IMG/VR virus record: IMGVR_UViG_3300035670_000223
Location: 1-60,740 of that record
From: a virus
Lineage: Duplodnaviria; Caudoviricetes
DNA: 60,740 bases
Reading direction: 5' to 3' (one strand)
The translations under genes were made by a program, and so were the position numbers. Under the pieces are notes generated by a model. That model saw nothing but the letters and a program-made list of their open reading frames with translations, made no database searches and was not told the DNA's origin. Each line of letters begins with the position of its first letter. Within the stretch, counting starts at the first letter, position 1. Positions 35,270 to 45,092 of this stretch are shown here, piece by piece.

Positions 35270-38200
35270 ATGCCACTTATAGATTACAAATCGACATTAT
35301 CAAATTATAGAAGGGTTATCAAACCAAAACCAAGCGAAAATTCTGCACAGCCACCCGTGCCATTTGGTGAATATACCCCAGTCACGAATCACCTTGAAGA
35401 ATATCAAGATGACATTTATGGTTTTGATACAAAAAAATTAGAAACATTTGATAGAAAACAAATAAATGACTTATTTGAAACTGATTCTGTTTTAGAAAAA
35501 AATTCAATATATGATGATGTAAATGCAGAAAAAAAGGATTTAAAAAAATCAAAGGTAATTGATAATACACAAGAACCATTTGAAAATATAAAAACTTTTG
35601 GTAATAACGAAGAAAGCCCAACTAATATAGTACCTATATTAAATAAGGAAGACAAAGAATCTCAAGCAAAAACAATTTTACCGGTAAGCCAAGAAGACAA
35701 ACCCTCCAAATTGGTATCAAAATATCAATTAATAAATAAAATAGAAGTTGGAGATGAAAAAAAATTAGAATCAATCGATTCAAAATATGATATAGATGGT
35801 CCCATAAAACCAACACAGACAAGCGGTAGATATGAAAAAGAAAAAGAATCAAGATTTGGATTTTTATCAAATTCTAAGCCATATGTCAATGCATTTTCTG
35901 ACAAATTTAATGTTGGATTTAAAATAAAAGATCCGAGTGGATTTACCCAAGCGGCGTTTGATTATTCTTGGCTTGGGACAAATGAAAATGCACCGAGTGT
36001 TGACTTTTTTTCAAACACTTTTGTAAAAAACGGTTTTGTAAAATTTTCAAAATTAGGTCAAACACAGTATAAAGAAAGTTTATTGCCATCAATAAAACAA
36101 ACAGATTCGTTTTCTAACCGATACAATAAAAATTTTATAATTAAACAGACAAAAACAGAGTTTACTGATTTAGCTTTACAATATACCACGGTAAAAGCAG
36201 TTGATTATTTTAAAAATGATTATAGCGAAAATTTTAAAATAAACACAAATCCGCTAGAAACCGCGTACACAGAAACCGGGTTAACTTATGGATTAAAACA
36301 ACTGGGAGCGGTTAATTATTTTGATATAAATAAAGCCTATACGATATCAGGATTTGCATTAAATCAAAAATTATATACTACAGACTTTAATGATATTGCA
36401 TTAGACTGGGGATTGAAAAAAGACCAACCTGCAACAAACTATTTTGATGTAAATAAAACGTTTACAAATTCCGGATTTACTATAAAGCAAAAAATATATG
36501 AAACAGAATTTAATACTTTAGCATTGGATTATGGCTTGCAGGGTATATTTGAAACAACTAATTATTTTGATGAAAATAATAATTTTACTGACAACGGATT
36601 TGTATTTAAGCAACAATTATATACAACAGATTTTAATAAGTCTGCACTAGATTGGGGACTGCGTGGCACATACCCAACAACAGATTACTTTGACCAAAAT
36701 AAAGAGTTCACAAATAAAGGATTTACTTTTAAGCAACAGCTATATGCTACAGATTTTAATAAATCTGCATTAGACTGGGGGCTTCGTGGAATCTATCCAA
36801 ATGTAAACTATTTTGATCAAAATTATAAATTCACAAATAACGGGTTTGTGATAAACCAGCGTATTTTATCAACTGATTTCAATTCATCTGCATTGGATTG
36901 GGGGCTTAGGGGGTCATATCCAACAACAGATTATTTTGATCAAAATAAACAATTTACTGATACAGGTTTTACTTTTAAGCAACAGCTGTATGCTACTGAT
37001 TTCAATCCATCTGCCTTAGACTGGGGATTACAAGGATCTTATCCAACAACAGATTATTTTGATCAAAATAAACAATTTACTAATACGGGATTTACTTTTA
37101 AGCAGCCAATATTAAAAACAGATTTTAACGTGTCAGCATTGGATTGGGGACTTCGGGGTTCTTATCCAACAACGGACTACTTTGACCAAAGCAAACAATT
37201 TACTGATACAGGTTTTACTTTTAAGCAACAACTATATATTACCGATTTCAATTCATCTGCATTGGACTGGGGACTCCGGGGATCTTATCCAACAACAGAT
37301 TATTTTGATCAAAGCAAACAATTTACAGATACTGGGTTTACCTTTAAGCAACAATTGTATATTACCGATTTTAATTCAGCTGCATTGGACTGGGGACTTC
37401 AAGGTTCTTACCCAACAACAGACTACTTTGATCAAAATAAACAATTTACTAAGTCTGGGTTTACTTTTAAGCAGCCACTATTAATGACTGATTTTAATTT
37501 ATCAGCATTAGATTGGGGGCTTAAAGGTATTTACCCAACAACAGATTATTTTGATCAACGCAAACAATTTACGGATACTGGTTTTACTTTTAAGCAACAA
37601 CTGTTAATAACCGATTTTAATCCTACAGCATTGGACTGGGGTCTTAAAGGCATTTATCCAACAACAAATTATTTTGATCAAATTAACCAATTTACAGATA
37701 GTGGATTTACTTTTAAGCAACAGATATATGCAACGGATTTTAATTCTTCTGCATTGGACTGGGGACTTCAGGGTTCTTACCCAACAACTGACTACTTTGA
37801 TCAGAGCAAACAATTTACTAATACAGGATTTACTTTTAAGCAGCCATTATTAATAACTGATTTTAATTCGTCTGCATTAGACTGGGGACTCCGTGGTGCT
37901 TACCCAACAACAGACTATTTTGACCAAAATAAACAATTTACTGATACGGGATTTACTTTTAAGCAAAAATTATACACCACTGATTTTAATGGTGATGCAT
38001 TAGATTACAGCTTAAAAAATATACCACCGTTAGCGTCAGGACTTCCCTCGGTAAATTTAACGTTAGTTTCAGGAAAACAGTTTGCCGAAACAGATTATTT
38101 TGATATACAAAAAATAAATACAACACGTGGATTTCACGTTTTTGCTAAACCGTTAGAACCTACCAGTTATAAAACAGATTCAACCCAATATTTTACGGTA

Positions 38201-40834
38201 CCTGCATCAGATTTTGAAATACCAAGAATTGGGTCTCCTGTTCACAATATAAATTCTCAGCTAGTGAAATCTCCTATATTTTTGAATATAGGATTTGTAA
38301 AGGAAAACAAAAATACATATGCAGAATTAATAAGATCTAGAAATTATGAATCATTTTTAGGTGATGTATCTACAAAAAGAAATAGTCCATCATTATTAGA
38401 TATCCAATACGAAAAATATTCATTACAAGATGAAGCTATAAATTACGATGTAAGTTTGTTTGGAAGACAGCCATACATAACCCGAGGTATTCAAAACAAA
38501 GGACAGATTGAAAATGAAAGATGGGGCTTTGGTGTAAGTTTTGATGATGGGTTTATTAGGGGGGGTGCAGTTACCGCAGCAGATCGGGCTAAAAATGATG
38601 TTATTCGATTAACGAAATGGTCTACTACCACAAAGGGATATCTATATTTAGTCAAGCAAACTGCACTACAGCTGGCAAATCCTCAAACAGAAGCGGCTGG
38701 CTTGGCTTCTACACGGATATACCAACCATTGTCTCCATTGTTGGCAGCAGCCGGTACTGCATTTGGTATACATCCACCTCGCCATGGGCTGCTTCCGTTT
38801 ATAGTATCGGGTAAATATCAAGATATCATAAAAGAAAAAACAATGTTATTTATGAATTCCCCCGAAGCATCAAACAGGAATATTGAAAATGCGAGTACAC
38901 TTTATTCCGATGGGGGTGTTCCAAGGGAAACTGGATTAAGCAATAGATTAAAAGGATATTACGCGCCTGCCTTAATTACAATTGGAAAAAATACAACACG
39001 ATCAACAGTACCACCAGCTGGTAGGCGTGAGATTGGTCCACTTGAAACACCAAGCGATTCTTCTCTATTAAAATTAGAACGGTTATATAACATACTATCC
39101 GATCATGCATTTAGAGAAACAGGATTAAATCCATTTGGATATTATGATAAAAAATATGATGAAGATGATAACCTTGATATAAATTTTTATATAAAAAACC
39201 GCTTAAACCCGTTCGGCAAGATTATTCCGGGGGGAGATGACGGGTATCATAATATAAGTAAAAAGGTAAGTGGAGATTCATCACCAAGACCCGAATATAT
39301 ATATAGCCGGAATTCATTAAGAGAGTATGCAACCACCGAATATGCAGAAATACCAAACGGCTATAATGAAAAATTTTTAGATTTTAGATATAACTTACAA
39401 AATTTTCTAACATTGAATACAGGGACAAACGGAGAACAAAATGTTGCAATAGACATAGTAGGACGTGTTAATTTTGCGTCAAACCCTGCTATAATAAAAT
39501 ATAGATCAAACAATTTAGAAGATAAAGCCGGATATGGACAACACGGGTTACCTGGAATGAATAGGACAAATCCAGTGTTATCGTTCTTGTGTGGACGTGT
39601 TTCCCAAGGTATTAGAAAGATAGGCGGTGATCAATATAATGGTGAATATTTATTTAGGGGTGATCGTGTAAACCTAGTAGATTTTAGACATGATAAATCT
39701 ACAACAGATATTCGAGAAATATATGAGCTTGGTGAAAATTCATTAATACCCGGTAAAAAAGATTTAATAGAATTTTATGTCACTGGTACTGGTGCCCGTG
39801 ATAGAGTAATTGTTTTTAGAGCATCGATTACTGAGGTAAGCGATACATTTAATCCATCTTGGGAAACTGTAAAATATCTGAATAGAGCTGATCCAGCATA
39901 CATATATAGAGGCTTTGAACGAGATGTTTCAATTGCTTTTGATATAGGGATTACGTCTAGAGATGAGCTAAGAACACGCTGGCGATCGTTAAATGCATTG
40001 GCAGGGTTTACTGCTCCTGAATATTTAAATTCACCAAATCCTGATTTAGATGGAAGAATGAAGGCACCATTAATGAAATTAACACTTGGCCATTTATTTA
40101 GATCTACTCCATGTATAATTACAAATTTAAATTATTCCTTCGATAATTCACAAGTAGTTTGGGAAACGGCAAAGTTAACTCGATGGGTAAATGGCCAAGA
40201 AATAGAAGAAACAATCACCACGGATGATTTAGATGATCCAGCATGCTGTGTAGCATTGCAGTTACCAAAAATGATAAAAGTAACAATGAATTTAAAAATA
40301 ATTGGAAATTATAGACCACAATCAAATGGCGGTGCATCTGGCTATCCTGACATGGGTGTTTTTTACCAATTATATGCAAATGATGATGCTGTAACCGATG
40401 GTCAACTACCAAGAAAAGGTGGCATTTATGTAAATTATTATAATAGAGAATGCACGGTTGTAAACCTTCCACCAGAACAACCAAAATTCAGAGAAGAGCC
40501 ACAAATAACAAAAGAAAAGGATGTATTCGTAAAAGAGCCTCAACTAACAAAAGAGGAAATTAAACGGAATCCACCAGCCACTATACCAGATGACCCACCA
40601 TCCAGAGGAGGCAAAGATAATGAAATCGATGATACACAGTCGATAGAAAGAATACAAGAAGAAGTAGATACAGGAAAGGGTGAAGGTATACAAAAACGCC
40701 AAGGCCCGTCTAGTACTAAAAAGCCAAGAAGATTAAATTCAAATGGTTCAAAGTCATCACGTGATCTACAACCAAATCCATCTAGTGTAAATAACCCAAG
40801 AACTGCAGCGGGTCAAGCTGTACCATACCCATAA
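35270..40834 (+). CDS. Large baseplate / tube-initiator-type protein with internal repeat array
   Basis: Follows the tape measure gene. The C-terminal region FRASITEVSDTFNPSW...YLNRADPAYIYRGFERDVSIAF...APLMKLTLG resembles tube-fold baseplate proteins. Confidence 0.7.
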   Translation: MPLIDYKSTLSNYRRVIKPKPSENSAQPPVPFGEYTPVTNHLEEYQDDIYGFDTKKLETFDRKQINDLFETDSVLEKNSIYDDVNAEKKDLKKSKVIDNTQEPFENIKTFGNNEESPTNIVPILNKEDKESQAKTILPVSQEDKPSKLVSKYQLINKIEVGDEKKLESIDSKYDIDGPIKPTQTSGRYEKEKESRFGFLSNSKPYVNAFSDKFNVGFKIKDPSGFTQAAFDYSWLGTNENAPSVDFFSNTFVKNGFVKFSKLGQTQYKESLLPSIKQTDSFSNRYNKNFIIKQTKTEFTDLALQYTTVKAVDYFKNDYSENFKINTNPLETAYTETGLTYGLKQLGAVNYFDINKAYTISGFALNQKLYTTDFNDIALDWGLKKDQPATNYFDVNKTFTNSGFTIKQKIYETEFNTLALDYGLQGIFETTNYFDENNNFTDNGFVFKQQLYTTDFNKSALDWGLRGTYPTTDYFDQNKEFTNKGFTFKQQLYATDFNKSALDWGLRGIYPNVNYFDQNYKFTNNGFVINQRILSTDFNSSALDWGLRGSYPTTDYFDQNKQFTDTGFTFKQQLYATDFNPSALDWGLQGSYPTTDYFDQNKQFTNTGFTFKQPILKTDFNVSALDWGLRGSYPTTDYFDQSKQFTDTGFTFKQQLYITDFNSSALDWGLRGSYPTTDYFDQSKQFTDTGFTFKQQLYITDFNSAALDWGLQGSYPTTDYFDQNKQFTKSGFTFKQPLLMTDFNLSALDWGLKGIYPTTDYFDQRKQFTDTGFTFKQQLLITDFNPTALDWGLKGIYPTTNYFDQINQFTDSGFTFKQQIYATDFNSSALDWGLQGSYPTTDYFDQSKQFTNTGFTFKQPLLITDFNSSALDWGLRGAYPTTDYFDQNKQFTDTGFTFKQKLYTTDFNGDALDYSLKNIPPLASGLPSVNLTLVSGKQFAETDYFDIQKINTTRGFHVFAKPLEPTSYKTDSTQYFTVPASDFEIPRIGSPVHNINSQLVKSPIFLNIGFVKENKNTYAELIRSRNYESFLGDVSTKRNSPSLLDIQYEKYSLQDEAINYDVSLFGRQPYITRGIQNKGQIENERWGFGVSFDDGFIRGGAVTAADRAKNDVIRLTKWSTTTKGYLYLVKQTALQLANPQTEAAGLASTRIYQPLSPLLAAAGTAFGIHPPRHGLLPFIVSGKYQDIIKEKTMLFMNSPEASNRNIENASTLYSDGGVPRETGLSNRLKGYYAPALITIGKNTTRSTVPPAGRREIGPLETPSDSSLLKLERLYNILSDHAFRETGLNPFGYYDKKYDEDDNLDINFYIKNRLNPFGKIIPGGDDGYHNISKKVSGDSSPRPEYIYSRNSLREYATTEYAEIPNGYNEKFLDFRYNLQNFLTLNTGTNGEQNVAIDIVGRVNFASNPAIIKYRSNNLEDKAGYGQHGLPGMNRTNPVLSFLCGRVSQGIRKIGGDQYNGEYLFRGDRVNLVDFRHDKSTTDIREIYELGENSLIPGKKDLIEFYVTGTGARDRVIVFRASITEVSDTFNPSWETVKYLNRADPAYIYRGFERDVSIAFDIGITSRDELRTRWRSLNALAGFTAPEYLNSPNPDLDGRMKAPLMKLTLGHLFRSTPCIITNLNYSFDNSQVVWETAKLTRWVNGQEIEETITTDDLDDPACCVALQLPKMIKVTMNLKIIGNYRPQSNGGASGYPDMGVFYQLYANDDAVTDGQLPRKGGIYVNYYNRECTVVNLPPEQPKFREEPQITKEKDVFVKEPQLTKEEIKRNPPATIPDDPPSRGGKDNEIDDTQSIERIQEEVDTGKGEGIQKRQGPSSTKKPRRLNSNGSKSSRDLQPNPSSVNNPRTAAGQAVPYP
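36314..38020 (+). repeat. 123-bp (41-aa) tandem repeat, 14 well-conserved copies
   Basis: Consensus DYFDQNKQFTDTGFTFKQQLYxTDFNxSALDWGLxGSYPTT; gattattttgat at 36929 and 37052 is 123 bp apart. Confidence 0.95.
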
Positions 40835-40848
40835 CAGAGGAAATATTT

Positions 40849-41187
40849 ATGGCAAATCGATATCAATATGTTAAAGAAAAAAATACAACGGAAACAACTG
40901 GCAGAAAAACTATAATTAAAAAAACTTTAAAAACACAGATAGTGCCACAAGTTGGAACCGATGCTGGTGATATATTTATATTAACAAAATTTGGAGATCG
41001 ATTAGACAGATTAGCATATTTATATTATGGGGATGCAAGTCTTTGGTGGTTTATAGGCAAGGCGAATAATTTAGGCAAGGGAACATGGGCAATTAACCCT
41101 GGAACTGTATTACGAATTCCTGCAAAGGTTGACGGGGAATTTACGCTATTAACAGAGTTACAAAAATACAATGAGCAATATAGATGA
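40849..41187 (+). CDS. LysM-like baseplate wedge protein (gp53/tail-X-like)
   Basis: GDRLDRLAYLYYGDASLWWFIGKAN...PGTVLRIP. Confidence 0.88.
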   Translation: MANRYQYVKEKNTTETTGRKTIIKKTLKTQIVPQVGTDAGDIFILTKFGDRLDRLAYLYYGDASLWWFIGKANNLGKGTWAINPGTVLRIPAKVDGEFTLLTELQKYNEQYR

Positions 41188-44100
41188 TTATAAATCAGTA
41201 TTATAATTTTTACACCAACGAGGTATCAAGACCAGTTGCAGATGAATTAATAGCAAGAATGGATGCACTTAGTTCTTTAAATAGAAATGTTTCTCAATTT
41301 GCATCATCAAAACAATTCTTCGCAGTAAAAAATAGCAATAATGCAAAGCCAGAATTATTACGTAAATTTCAAGAATGGAGAGATAGAAAAGTTGCGTATG
41401 GTGAGGTTAGGGCATTTAGAAAAGTTTCTCAATGTTGTAAAGGCCAACTGGTAAAGGATACCGAAGAATCTCCATTTGTAATTACAGTTAATTATGATGA
41501 TAAAAATGGCACAGTTCCAACATCATCACCCGATATATCTGATTTTACGATAGCCGATAATGGATTATCGTATAGAAAGTCTTATGGTGATATTAAATAT
41601 TCAGTTGCAGATGGACTTAATAAACCATCATTTTATAATGGACAACCACAGGCATTTTTACAATCCATACGAGTTTCAAATGAGGGATATGGTGGAGTTG
41701 TTCAGCGCGTCACTATAAAAATGAGAGTTTTTACAAAAGAGGCGTTTGAAATTATAGATAAATGGTATTTGCGTCCTGGAAATGAAATGTTAGTAAAATT
41801 TGGATGGTCGGTTCCATTGACTAGTATGGAGACATCGTCTGAGGTTATACATGCAGTTATATTCAATTTTAATGCTGTATTAACAGATGATATTGGGTGG
41901 GAAGTAACTGTACACGGAATAGCAAAGGGAAACTTGGCTGTAGGCTTGGCATTGGGATCTTCAGCAGTAGAAACAGTTGCTCTTAATAATGCAAATAATA
42001 CACAACAACCAAATATAGACCCAAATGTAATACCAAATTTAACAACAATATTAAAAGATGAATTAAATAAAATACGAATTGGGTTTCCGGGAATAACTGA
42101 AAGCGATGTGTCAAATATATATGATGCAAATACCGATTTAGATTCTGATAATCGTCCATACGGTATAGTATATGAATCTGATATTTTTCCACACGGAATT
42201 GGAAGAATAAAATTTGCAATTGAAACAGCTCCCCAAGATGCAAACATTGCACCGGCTGCAAATCAAGCAGCAATACAAAATGACCCATTATTTGAAAAAC
42301 GCCAAGCAACGGATGCGGAATTAAATACTTGGCTTGAAGGATTTAGAATTGCTAACCCAAGATTTGTAGAACTCGAAGCTGAATACGGCATAAAATCACC
42401 AAAAGCTTTTATTGAATTTTATAAAGGAAATTTCGGAGTAATTCGGTCAGGGTTAGTAGGCGAAATTGTTTTTCCAAGACGTGATAAGGTACTCCTAACA
42501 GAAGAGTTTATAACGGGAAAAAATCCAGAAGTAACAGATCAACAATCACAAACACAGAGAACAGAAATTTTTTTTGAGGAAGCTGCTGGAGATGTAATTG
42601 GGTCATACCTTGAACGCCAACGCCAACCAGAAAGCCAAAATTACGCAAGCCTTAGACCACCATTTGGTCCATTAAGAAGACGTGTATTAAATATAATGTA
42701 TAACGATTTACCGGATACTAGGTCTGAGCAACAAAAACAATTGGAAGCTGCTCAACAAGAGCAACTTGTGTCAATACAACAACAAATTCAACAGCAAGAT
42801 GCATTACAGGGTGGTGTATATAATGATGCAAGGATTACAGACCCACAAAGTACAGTTAGATATTTTATATGTTTGGGCGACTTGGTTTACTTTTTTAACG
42901 AAAAAATATTTAAGCAAGCTCCTGAGTTATATACAGCAGTTCAATTGCTCGTAGAAAATCAACCAACATCGTATGATCCCAATTTAGTATCGGCCATACC
43001 GACAGAAGTTATATTATCAAATGCCAGAAATACACAGGGTGGTATGTCTTCATACGGTTATTATAATTCTGTTAATTACGGGTTTAAATATAAAAAATTA
43101 AAAATAAACAATGAGCTGGTTGATGCCTTTGGATGCGACGGGGTTGATTTTTATCCAAGTGAAGAATTCAATTCAAAAGAAGATATGGCCAATCATAGAG
43201 AAGATTGGGGTGTCTATTTAAGAGAAAACGGTGGTGAAAAAATAGCAGCATTTAATATAGCACACATATGGATTTCAGTTGATGTGATAAATGAAGCATA
43301 TACATTTGTTTTAAAAGACAAAGCAATTGATCCGCAATATAAAACAGTATTTGACTTTTTTGAGCAAATATTCAGAAGAATAGCACAGGCAAGTGCTGGG
43401 TCTATACAATTAACATTAATGCCAGACAACAACGAGTTATACAATAATAATCCACTACAATCGAAGATTTTATCTTTAGAAAATCCATTAATAAATAAAA
43501 CCCAATTATTTAGAATTGTTGACAATAATTTTCAAGTACCACATAATCTACCCGGTGCGCCCAGAAGTTTTGATTTTAAAGTTAATGATGTTAACGCTAC
43601 AATGTTACGTGATGTTAACGTAGCTTTAAAAATACCATCAAAATTACAAACTGTTGCATATACATACGGTAGGTCGGGTATGAATGAAGATATTGTTGAT
43701 ATAGATGATTCAGCAGATGGCACTGGCGGTATTTGTCAAAAAGATTATGATCAATTAGTCCAAAAAAGAAACGAAATATTAAAAAAATTAAATGATATAA
43801 AAAATGAAGTAGCGTTTAATATGTCAGCCGATAACATAGAAAAACTTATAAATGCATTAAGTCAATATATTATAAATCCAGTCCCAGTTGGTTCTGATTC
43901 ACTTGATACTTCACCAAATGCCTCTATACATCAAGGTTGGTTATATTCTAAGTTATATCCGGTTGAACTTCAATTTAAATTGGATGGTATATCCGGCTTT
44001 TTATACGGAAATAAAGTTAATATTTTAAATGCGCTTCCCTCTAGGTATTCAAATAGAGTTTATTTTACTTTGATAAAAATTGAACATGAGGTTCAAAATA

Positions 44101-44441
44101 ATGATTGGATTACCACATTAACTGCAATAGCAAGATTAAAAAATTCAAATGGACTGGTGCAGTTCCCACGAGTCGTAACAACGGAAGCAAGACCAGACTT
44201 ATGTGATAAAGTACCTGAAATCCAAACACCACTACCACCCGTTGGTGGTGCATCACCACTCCCAGCCCCAACTCCGCAGACAACACAAGTTCCGGAAAGT
44301 TTGGCAACCCCCAATTCTATACCACAAGTCGGAACAGTTGGAGTAAATGCAACTGGATTAAGCGCGTTTCCATTGCCCGGTGTTCCCGGTGGGGGTGGTG
44401 GATTCGGACTACCCGAACCAGATAGACCAGTATTGCCATAG
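41184..44441 (+). CDS. Baseplate hub protein (gp27/late-control-D-like) with large insertions
   Basis: YLRPGNEMLVKFGWS near the N-terminus and LQFKLDGISGFLYG...IEHEVQNNDWITTL near the C-terminus; follows the LysM gene. Confidence 0.7.
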   Translation: MIINQYYNFYTNEVSRPVADELIARMDALSSLNRNVSQFASSKQFFAVKNSNNAKPELLRKFQEWRDRKVAYGEVRAFRKVSQCCKGQLVKDTEESPFVITVNYDDKNGTVPTSSPDISDFTIADNGLSYRKSYGDIKYSVADGLNKPSFYNGQPQAFLQSIRVSNEGYGGVVQRVTIKMRVFTKEAFEIIDKWYLRPGNEMLVKFGWSVPLTSMETSSEVIHAVIFNFNAVLTDDIGWEVTVHGIAKGNLAVGLALGSSAVETVALNNANNTQQPNIDPNVIPNLTTILKDELNKIRIGFPGITESDVSNIYDANTDLDSDNRPYGIVYESDIFPHGIGRIKFAIETAPQDANIAPAANQAAIQNDPLFEKRQATDAELNTWLEGFRIANPRFVELEAEYGIKSPKAFIEFYKGNFGVIRSGLVGEIVFPRRDKVLLTEEFITGKNPEVTDQQSQTQRTEIFFEEAAGDVIGSYLERQRQPESQNYASLRPPFGPLRRRVLNIMYNDLPDTRSEQQKQLEAAQQEQLVSIQQQIQQQDALQGGVYNDARITDPQSTVRYFICLGDLVYFFNEKIFKQAPELYTAVQLLVENQPTSYDPNLVSAIPTEVILSNARNTQGGMSSYGYYNSVNYGFKYKKLKINNELVDAFGCDGVDFYPSEEFNSKEDMANHREDWGVYLRENGGEKIAAFNIAHIWISVDVINEAYTFVLKDKAIDPQYKTVFDFFEQIFRRIAQASAGSIQLTLMPDNNELYNNNPLQSKILSLENPLINKTQLFRIVDNNFQVPHNLPGAPRSFDFKVNDVNATMLRDVNVALKIPSKLQTVAYTYGRSGMNEDIVDIDDSADGTGGICQKDYDQLVQKRNEILKKLNDIKNEVAFNMSADNIEKLINALSQYIINPVPVGSDSLDTSPNASIHQGWLYSKLYPVELQFKLDGISGFLYGNKVNILNALPSRYSNRVYFTLIKIEHEVQNNDWITTLTAIARLKNSNGLVQFPRVVTTEARPDLCDKVPEIQTPLPPVGGASPLPAPTPQTTQVPESLATPNSIPQVGTVGVNATGLSAFPLPGVPGGGGGFGLPEPDRPVLP

Positions 44442-44450
44442 GAGAAAAAA

Positions 44451-45092
44451 ATGAAAAGATCTAAATTATATTACCCTAAAACTGCAATAACTGAAAACCT
44501 GTATACAAATGGCGGAGAATATATGTTTGAAACCGGAACAATGTATGTTGGTTATTACCACAAGTATGACACCGGTGAAGTTTTTACAAGACCAGTGTGG
44601 GATCCTAACAAATCTATAAAATTATTACCATACACAGATATTTCGGGATTACCTGCTGGTAGTTATCAAACACCGGGTCAACTTAAAGCTTTTTTATTAT
44701 CTGATTTAAACCAAAAGAAATATAAAAATCCAATTTCAAATACAACAAGTCCATCTGATGATGATTATATACGTGGTTATTATTATAGATATTTTACGGT
44801 AAAACGAAATGAACCGGAAAAAATGACAGAGATAACTAGAACTGAATTTTTAAACGCAGGAAATGTTTCTGGTATAAATACATTTTTATATAAAGTTGGA
44901 AAAATAAAATGGCATTTAATTGGAGACGAATACGATACTAAAAATCAAAATGGCGTTGTAATAAAAAAAGGTGTAATAGATAATAATGCAAGAGAAGTGT
45001 TTGCTTTATTGCAAACATATCCTTATATTTATACGTTATTTGGTGATTATAGGCAATATACACAATATAGTAGATTATACACACGGTTATGA
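44451..45092 (+). CDS. Hypothetical baseplate-cluster protein
   Basis: YYPK...NLYTNGGEY...YVGYYH and PSDDDYIRGYYYRYF; SD aggag. Confidence 0.75.
   Translation: MKRSKLYYPKTAITENLYTNGGEYMFETGTMYVGYYHKYDTGEVFTRPVWDPNKSIKLLPYTDISGLPAGSYQTPGQLKAFLLSDLNQKKYKNPISNTTSPSDDDYIRGYYYRYFTVKRNEPEKMTEITRTEFLNAGNVSGINTFLYKVGKIKWHLIGDEYDTKNQNGVVIKKGVIDNNAREVFALLQTYPYIYTLFGDYRQYTQYSRLYTRL

Noticed and set aside
36314-38020. Possible CRISPR array or DGR template/variable repeats
   Set aside because: Units are contiguous in-frame 123-bp coding repeats with no unique spacers. Differences are largely synonymous and not adenine-specific, and no cas or reverse transcriptase gene is present.
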